A stretch of 64,000 nucleotides of DNA from an uncultured Erysipelotrichales bacterium (GTDB lineage: Bacteria > Bacillota_I > Bacilli_A > Erysipelotrichales > CAZWEF01), in contig CAZWEF010000002.1 in NCBI GenBank assembly GCA_964632125.1, positions 13,675-77,674 of the forward strand. Reading direction: 5' to 3'. The position numbers and the translations under genes are program-made. The notes under the pieces were generated by a model that saw only the letters and a list, made by a program, of their open reading frames with translations, was not told the DNA's origin and did no database searches. Of this stretch, positions 59,192 to 64,000 are shown in pieces (position 1 is the stretch's first letter; the number at the start of each line of letters is the position of its first letter).

Positions 59192-62128
59192 TTATGCCTT
59201 AATTCGTTTTTTGTTTTTTAGGACAAAGAAGATACCAAGTAACCCAGTCATAAATCCTACTTGAGTTAATGAAGATGACATACCAGTATCTGGCAATTCT
59301 TTATTTTTTTCCCATTGGGCGTATAAAACAACACCGTGTGCAGGCATTACTTGACTTGATGTTGCAATCATCATCGTATCGCTTGCAAATGCAACCTTAC
59401 CATCTTGGAAAACCCATGTTTCACCAGTGCCATCTGCTGTCGTATTCCATGAAACAAATTGATAACCTGTTCTAGATGGCGCTTGAACTGATACAGCTTT
59501 AGTACCATAGACAACCATTTGATCCGCAATAGGTTCACTTGTTCCTCCATTTAAATCAAAACGTAATTGATATGAATTAATTGACCACTGTGCATACAAT
59601 GTAACATCTTTTGCAGGCATTTTACTTGTTTCGAAGTTCCAAGTTGTTCCAGAACCATCTTGAGACGTGTTCCAAGATACAAACGTATGCCCTTCACGAA
59701 TAGGATCTGTTACTGGTGTAGCCAATTGGTCTAGGCTTAAACTTTGACTAGCAGGGACAACACCTTGTCCACCATTCAAATCGAATGATAATGCATGATT
59801 TGTGTCATATGCGGGATTGGCTTCCCATTGAGCATACAAAGTGACTGGAGCATCAGGCATTTTGGTAACTGAAAAGTCCCAAGTATGCCCATGGCCATCC
59901 TGCATTGTGTTCCAACCCGTAAATATGTAGTCAGTTCTTGTTGGATTTGTAACTGCTTGTGCAAGTGCATCATACGCGACTGTTTGCGTTGGGATAGCGC
60001 CTTTTCCACCATTTAAATTAAATGTTAGTGGATGCATATTAACTTCCCAAACAGCATAAAGTGTTAAATCGTTTGTTAATTCATAATCAATTAAAGCTTC
60101 ATCTGTGTAAACAACTGGCCCATTTGGGCTTGTTGACCAACCAAGGAAGTGGTCATGGTCGTTTTTGAATTCATTTGTGAATAATGGTTTCTCTTCACCA
60201 TAAACAAATATCTCATCCGCCATTTCACCATACCCACCATTTGGTTCAAAATGAATGACATAATGATCCAACTCCCATTGAGCATAAACAGTTAAGTCAG
60301 TATCTGGCATAGTAGACGAACCATAAATCCATGGATTACCCTGTCCATCTTGTTGGTCATTCCAACCTGTAAATATGTAACCAGTTCTAGTTGGGTCATC
60401 TACGCGATCCCCAAAGGCTTCGTATGCGACCGATTGGCTAGGATAACTTTCATGACCACCATTAGCATCATAGGTTAAAGTATATAAATCTGGTACCCAC
60501 TTTGCGTACAATGTCATATCTTCAGTAATGGTTGTATTAAAATCCCATACGTTTAAATAAGTTCCCTCATCTGTATACCATCCACCAAAGTTATACCCAA
60601 CTTTAATTGGCTTTTGAGCATAGTCAGTGGCTTTTTCAAACTCGGCAACATACTGTGTATCAAAAGGAACAGTTAATCCTTCATCAAAGGTAACTGCAAA
60701 GATGGCTGCTTCATAAGCACCAAGATCACTTGTTGTTTTTCTTGCACGATAGTTTTGAGCATTTGGTAAAAGACGACCTTCACTCACAACACCATAAGCT
60801 TGAGACGTTGTGCGCACTGGTGCAACTCTTGTCAACTCATCTATCATCATGAGGGTTGACGCACTCGTAGATCTTAAATAAGTTGCAGCATCAATGGCTT
60901 CTTCACTTAATGCTTGTCTTGCAATGTTATCTCCTGAATAGACAATTGTCGACGATGCATAAGTTGGTGTTCCAGTTAAGATAGAATTACTAATGGTAAT
61001 CAAAGATCCTGTCCCTGCAGTAGACAAGGGATTTGAAATAAGGGTTGACGAATCAACTTTTACAGATGATGAGTATGCTGTAATTGCAATTTCAGTCAAT
61101 AGTGTAGCATTGCTAGCAAAAGTCGAGTTCACAATTGTGTTGTCACCAATTGAATTTTCATAGTAAACTGCTCCAGCATATTTTGTTGAGCTGTTATTGA
61201 TAAAGGTTGAATTGCTGATGACTGATTTGGTTTTCATATCCATAAATGCAATCGCACCACCATTATTTGTAATGCCATTGGTTGCTTTATTGTTTTCAAA
61301 TAAATTTCGATCAATGAGAACTGAATTTACTTTAGTGGATGAATAAATATGAATAGCGCCTCCCCTAGTCCAAGGTCCAGTCGCATCTAATACGTTGTTT
61401 TTGAATACATTATTCGTTATCACAATAGTTGTATTTGCAACACTTGGTTGTTTAATACTGATGGCACCACCATATTGGTTGTTGTTACCTTTGCGTTCAT
61501 TTCCATCAAACACTGAGTTGTTTATGTACACATTGCCACTGTTTTCAGCACTGATGGCACCACCATCTGAATACGCTCCTACATGATTTTTTACGAATGT
61601 TGCTTTATCTACAGAAAGCGCCCCTCCGGTTGTTCTAATAGCGCCCCCACCATTAACTCCATCATTTGTAAAGTTATTTGTGAATGAAGCGTTATATACT
61701 GTTACATGTTTAGCAGAAATACCACCACCAACACTTCTAACACCTGTTAATGATAGATTATTGAGAGTCAATGAGCCTGCTTCTAATCGAATAAAACGAG
61801 ATGAAACAGTGACACCTGGGTCAAGTTCAAAGAATGTTGCGATATTACCAGATGCATCAGTTGCACCTTGTAACGTTACACGTATATTATTTACATTTTT
61901 TATTTCACTTGTGAACGTGTATGTACCTGGTGCTAGTATGATTTCAATGTCAGTTGTTGCTGCTTCAATTTGTGCTTTTAATGATGCAAAATCACTTGTT
62001 ACATTGGATGCATTGTTTACTTGTTGAGTAATTGTTTGAGCACTAAATGATGGTGACATCATGCTAATTGCGAGTATCAAACATAAAACCCATTTTAACT
62101 GATTTGTTAAGTTTAATTTCATCTTCAT
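59192..62128 (-). CDS. LPXTG-anchored surface protein: signal peptide, Pmp-type parallel beta-helix repeats, six Listeria-Bacteroides (Flg_new) repeats, sortase signal
   Basis: Signal peptide MKMKLNLTNQLKWVLCLILAISMMSPSFSA. Alternating GGAI and FxxN motifs. Repeats ending (T)LYAQW. C-terminal LPDTG, a hydrophobic helix, then KNKKRIKA. Start at 62128 (or 62122); the track start at 62176 lacks an SD. Confidence 0.85.
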   Translation of the reverse strand: MKMKLNLTNQLKWVLCLILAISMMSPSFSAQTITQQVNNASNVTSDFASLKAQIEAATTDIEIILAPGTYTFTSEIKNVNNIRVTLQGATDASGNIATFFELDPGVTVSSRFIRLEAGSLTLNNLSLTGVRSVGGGISAKHVTVYNASFTNNFTNDGVNGGGAIRTTGGALSVDKATFVKNHVGAYSDGGAISAENSGNVYINNSVFDGNERKGNNNQYGGAISIKQPSVANTTIVITNNVFKNNVLDATGPWTRGGAIHIYSSTKVNSVLIDRNLFENNKATNGITNNGGAIAFMDMKTKSVISNSTFINNSSTKYAGAVYYENSIGDNTIVNSTFASNATLLTEIAITAYSSSVKVDSSTLISNPLSTAGTGSLITISNSILTGTPTYASSTIVYSGDNIARQALSEEAIDAATYLRSTSASTLMMIDELTRVAPVRTTSQAYGVVSEGRLLPNAQNYRARKTTSDLGAYEAAIFAVTFDEGLTVPFDTQYVAEFEKATDYAQKPIKVGYNFGGWYTDEGTYLNVWDFNTTITEDMTLYAKWVPDLYTLTYDANGGHESYPSQSVAYEAFGDRVDDPTRTGYIFTGWNDQQDGQGNPWIYGSSTMPDTDLTVYAQWELDHYVIHFEPNGGYGEMADEIFVYGEEKPLFTNEFKNDHDHFLGWSTSPNGPVVYTDEALIDYELTNDLTLYAVWEVNMHPLTFNLNGGKGAIPTQTVAYDALAQAVTNPTRTDYIFTGWNTMQDGHGHTWDFSVTKMPDAPVTLYAQWEANPAYDTNHALSFDLNGGQGVVPASQSLSLDQLATPVTDPIREGHTFVSWNTSQDGSGTTWNFETSKMPAKDVTLYAQWSINSYQLRFDLNGGTSEPIADQMVVYGTKAVSVQAPSRTGYQFVSWNTTADGTGETWVFQDGKVAFASDTMMIATSSQVMPAHGVVLYAQWEKNKELPDTGMSSSLTQVGFMTGLLGIFFVLKNKKRIKA
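59312..60697 (-). repeat. Six tandem ~70-90-aa Listeria-Bacteroides-type repeats inside the surface-protein gene
   Basis: Units (aa 494-955 of the track ORF) share Y.L.FD.NGG...P......Y........P.R.GY.F.GWNT..DG.G..W.F....MP....LYAQW. They are diverged at the DNA level. Confidence 0.8.
61109..61735 (-). repeat. Seven ~30-35-aa Pmp-like beta-helix turns (GGA[IV] alternating with FxxN)
   Basis: GGGIS, GGAIRT, GGAISA, GGAISI, GGAIHI, GGAIAF and AGAVYY alternate with FTNN, FVKN, FDGN, FKNN, FENN, FINN and FASN (aa 148-356 of the track ORF). Confidence 0.75.
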
Positions 62129-62317
62129 AATCTCCACTTTTAATATATTTTTATACTGAATCATTATATCAAACAAAATATACTAAAACAACATAATTTT
62201 CTATTTATAGATGTTAATTCACATATTAATTACATTTGAAGAATGAATTGTTAACATAAATTCATAATTCGACAAACCGATTGTTAATATGATACAATAG
62301 ATTAAAGGAAGTGACTG

Positions 62318-63190
62318 ATGAAACACATAAAAAGAATACTTAGTGCAGTTAGCATAATGATTTTTTTAACAAGTTGTACTCAAACAACACAGAGCCAAAT
62401 ACAACAACCTGCCACTACTTACACACAACAGTTTGAGGCAAGTACCTTGACACAAGAACTGACAAAAGCAATACAAACACAATTTGATTCAACAGAGCTT
62501 GATCATGTCTCAGTGGCTATTTATATACCAAACCATTCATACACTTTTTATTGGAATGAGACCTTAGAACTTGAAAATGCCTCAACCGTAAAAGTTCCTT
62601 TAAACATGTATATATACGACCTCATAAAAAAAGATCCTTCAATTGCCACAATCGAAATAGCTTACAGTGACATCTACTACGAAGATGGTGCAGGCATCAT
62701 GCAAGATAGTTTTGAAGGTGAGCTCACTGATGTTCAAACCCTTTTAACAAGAAGCATTCGTTATTCTGATAACATTGCAACCAACATGCTATTAGGCTAT
62801 TTTATAGAAGATTGGGACAGTTTTAGTGAATTACTCCCTTACTTTGGTCATGCTAACTTCAGTCAGTGGACTTCAACTGCAGCTGACAAACTTGAGACAT
62901 TGAAAATACTTTACAATCGTCAAGCCGATTATGTTACTTTAATTCAAGACATGGAGTCAACAATTTATAACAACCGTTTACCCAAATGGCTACCTAGTGA
63001 TGTTGTGGTCGCTTTAAAAACGGGTGATATCAATGACACAATCCATGATTTTGGCATTGTTTTTAGTCATGATGTTGATTATTTAATTGTGCTTTCAATG
63101 CATGATATTGACAACCAAGATGAACAAATGGCGAATTTATCTAAAACCATCTATGATTGCATTATCTCTTTTGAAAAAACAATCGAATAG
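62318..63190 (+). CDS. Lipoprotein, class A beta-lactamase-like serine hydrolase
   Basis: Lipobox FLTS-C. SxxK (ASTVK), SDN (YSDNIATNMLL) and KTG (ALKTGD) motifs occur in the correct order and spacing. No ExxLN omega-loop motif is visible. Confidence 0.7.
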   Translation: MKHIKRILSAVSIMIFLTSCTQTTQSQIQQPATTYTQQFEASTLTQELTKAIQTQFDSTELDHVSVAIYIPNHSYTFYWNETLELENASTVKVPLNMYIYDLIKKDPSIATIEIAYSDIYYEDGAGIMQDSFEGELTDVQTLLTRSIRYSDNIATNMLLGYFIEDWDSFSELLPYFGHANFSQWTSTAADKLETLKILYNRQADYVTLIQDMESTIYNNRLPKWLPSDVVVALKTGDINDTIHDFGIVFSHDVDYLIVLSMHDIDNQDEQMANLSKTIYDCIISFEKTIE

Positions 63191-63191
63191 T

Positions 63192-64000
63192 TTAAATTGT
63201 AAAAAGGAATTGCAACCATAAAGTATGAGGAAATAACCTAATATACGCAATACGATTTAATGATTTGATTGTGTCATTTGTGATGACGCCTTTGACCGGA
63301 TAACTAAGCACATTGTCTAAATCTTCGTTACTGTTTATTGTCCAAACAAATATTTTTTTTTGTTTTTTATTGGCATCTTGAATAAGTGGGTATTGAAGTG
63401 ACGATTGTTCGACGCTAAAAAAATCAAGTATATCATACTGACTGTTGTAACGCGTAATGCCAAGTGAAACAATTAAGCCTTTTTTAATGGTAGGATTTAG
63501 ATAATTTATTTGTTGTAAAGCTTCAAGATTACTTGACTGAATTAAAACATCATCACCCAAACCATATGCTTCAAGTATAGGTACAATTGTTTCTTCTAAT
63601 TCTGGGGTTTCAATATGGGTTTTAAGTTCAATTAATAGCTTTGTTTGATGATTGATTAAACTTAAAACTGATTCAAGTGTTGGTATCGAGTGTGTTTCAT
63701 TGATTCTAATTGTGTTTAATTCATTTTGAGTTAAATCAATAGTTGCCACGTCAACACCAGTGAGTCTTTTGAGATCATTATCATGAAATACGACCAGCTG
63801 CCCTTCTTTTGTTAAATGCACATCTAGCTCAATCATACTTGCTCCTTCATCAAGGGCATTTGAAAAAGCGAGTAACGTATTTTCAGGTGCATGTAGTGTA
63901 CTACCGCGGTGCGCAATTACTTCCACCTCATTTAAGTGATTAAAAGATAAATCATAAAGTTGATTATTTTGTTGAAAGAAAGTTAGCAAAAAAATGACAA
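63192..64000 (-). CDS. Glycerophosphodiester phosphodiesterase (GlpQ/UgpQ family); the 5' end may lie beyond the window
   Basis: VIAHRGSTLHAPENTLLAF...ASMIELDVHLTKEGQLVVFHD catalytic motifs. The track start at 63989 is a TTG, and the frame stays open to position 64000, so an N-terminal extension (often a membrane anchor) is possible. Confidence 0.8.
   Translation of the reverse strand, partial: VIFLLTFFQQNNQLYDLSFNHLNEVEVIAHRGSTLHAPENTLLAFSNALDEGASMIELDVHLTKEGQLVVFHDNDLKRLTGVDVATIDLTQNELNTIRINETHSIPTLESVLSLINHQTKLLIELKTHIETPELEETIVPILEAYGLGDDVLIQSSNLEALQQINYLNPTIKKGLIVSLGITRYNSQYDILDFFSVEQSSLQYPLIQDANKKQKKIFVWTINSNEDLDNVLSYPVKGVITNDTIKSLNRIAYIRLFPHTLWLQFLFTI

Noticed and set aside
98-62027. 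About 45 short ORFs (60-115 aa) in the six-frame track. They lie antisense to, or in alternate frames of, the long genes (for example 98-325+, 1555-1809+, 2850-3110+, 3931-4155+, 10285-10545+, 12484-12684-, 13143-13863+, 19167-19373-, 28758-29076+, 31663-32036, 47761-48013, 61395-62027+).
   Set aside because: Each is fully contained within a longer ORF that carries clear family motifs. They lack SD sequences and have low-complexity, atypical composition (rich in Cys, Trp, Phe and Leu), which is expected from shadow frames in AT-rich DNA.
63353-63361. A T9 homopolymer (A9 in the coding sense) inside the glycerophosphodiesterase gene, and an A8 run at the pnp/maf junction (about 28490-28497), as possible phase-variation tracts.
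   Set aside because: Runs of 8-9 A/T encoding Lys-rich segments are expected by chance in a genome of this composition. The frames are intact and the genes are not typical contingency loci.
1-64000. A search by eye for tRNA/rRNA genes, CRISPR repeats, IS/transposase/integrase genes, phage genes, toxin-antitoxin pairs, and known defense-system hallmarks (restriction enzymes, Cas, reverse transcriptase, STAND/AAA nuclease combinations).
   Set aside because: None was found. All long ORFs are accounted for by the calls above, and no regularly spaced direct repeats or tRNA-like GTTCGAATC T-arm sequences were seen. A tRNAscan/Infernal/defense-finder run would be needed to be certain.
1-64000. An alternative genetic code (UGA = Trp, as in Mollicutes), considered because of the low GC content and some Mollicutes-like gene order.
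   Set aside because: All conserved genes are full length under the standard code, with Trp encoded by TGG. I saw no conserved protein truncated by an in-frame TGA.

Overview
This window is a chromosomal core segment of a low-GC, Firmicutes-type genome (Bacilli- or Erysipelotrichia-like gene order, standard genetic code). I count about 58 protein genes, roughly 80% on the minus strand, packed into tight and often overlapping operons. Most are housekeeping genes. Minus strand: dprA (partial), rnhB, rbgA, trmK-sigA-dnaG-glyQS, recO-era-dgkA-ybeY, an RNase J / M16 peptidase pair / acpS / tetR operon, pfk, maf, pnp, rpsO, ribF-truB with a six-domain S1 protein, pepD, a two-component system with phoH and rpsU, rocF, mtaB-rsmE-pncB, ftsK and rplS. 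Plus strand: murT-gatD and murE. I found no rRNA, tRNA, CRISPR array, transposase, integrase or prophage signal, and no obvious defense island. Several things are worth a second look:
- An orphan peptidase-C39 ABC exporter coupled to a 122-aa mini-HlyD-like protein, with no cargo gene in sight.
- A cysteine-less ArsD-like ORF wedged between rpsO and pnp.
- An RNase J paralog with degenerate metal ligands.
- A LysR-controlled CofE-like (F420-glutamyl-ligase fold) gene next to murT-gatD.
- Pho-box-like hexamers upstream of a Na/Pi transporter.
- Two well-signalled orphan proteins.
- An LPXTG adhesin combining Pmp-type beta-helix repeats with Listeria-Bacteroides repeats.
- A class-A beta-lactamase-like lipoprotein lacking the Glu166 region.

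All homology calls come from reading motifs by eye; no searches were run. Several ORF-track N-termini were shortened to the ATG that has a proper Shine-Dalgarno (SD) sequence.
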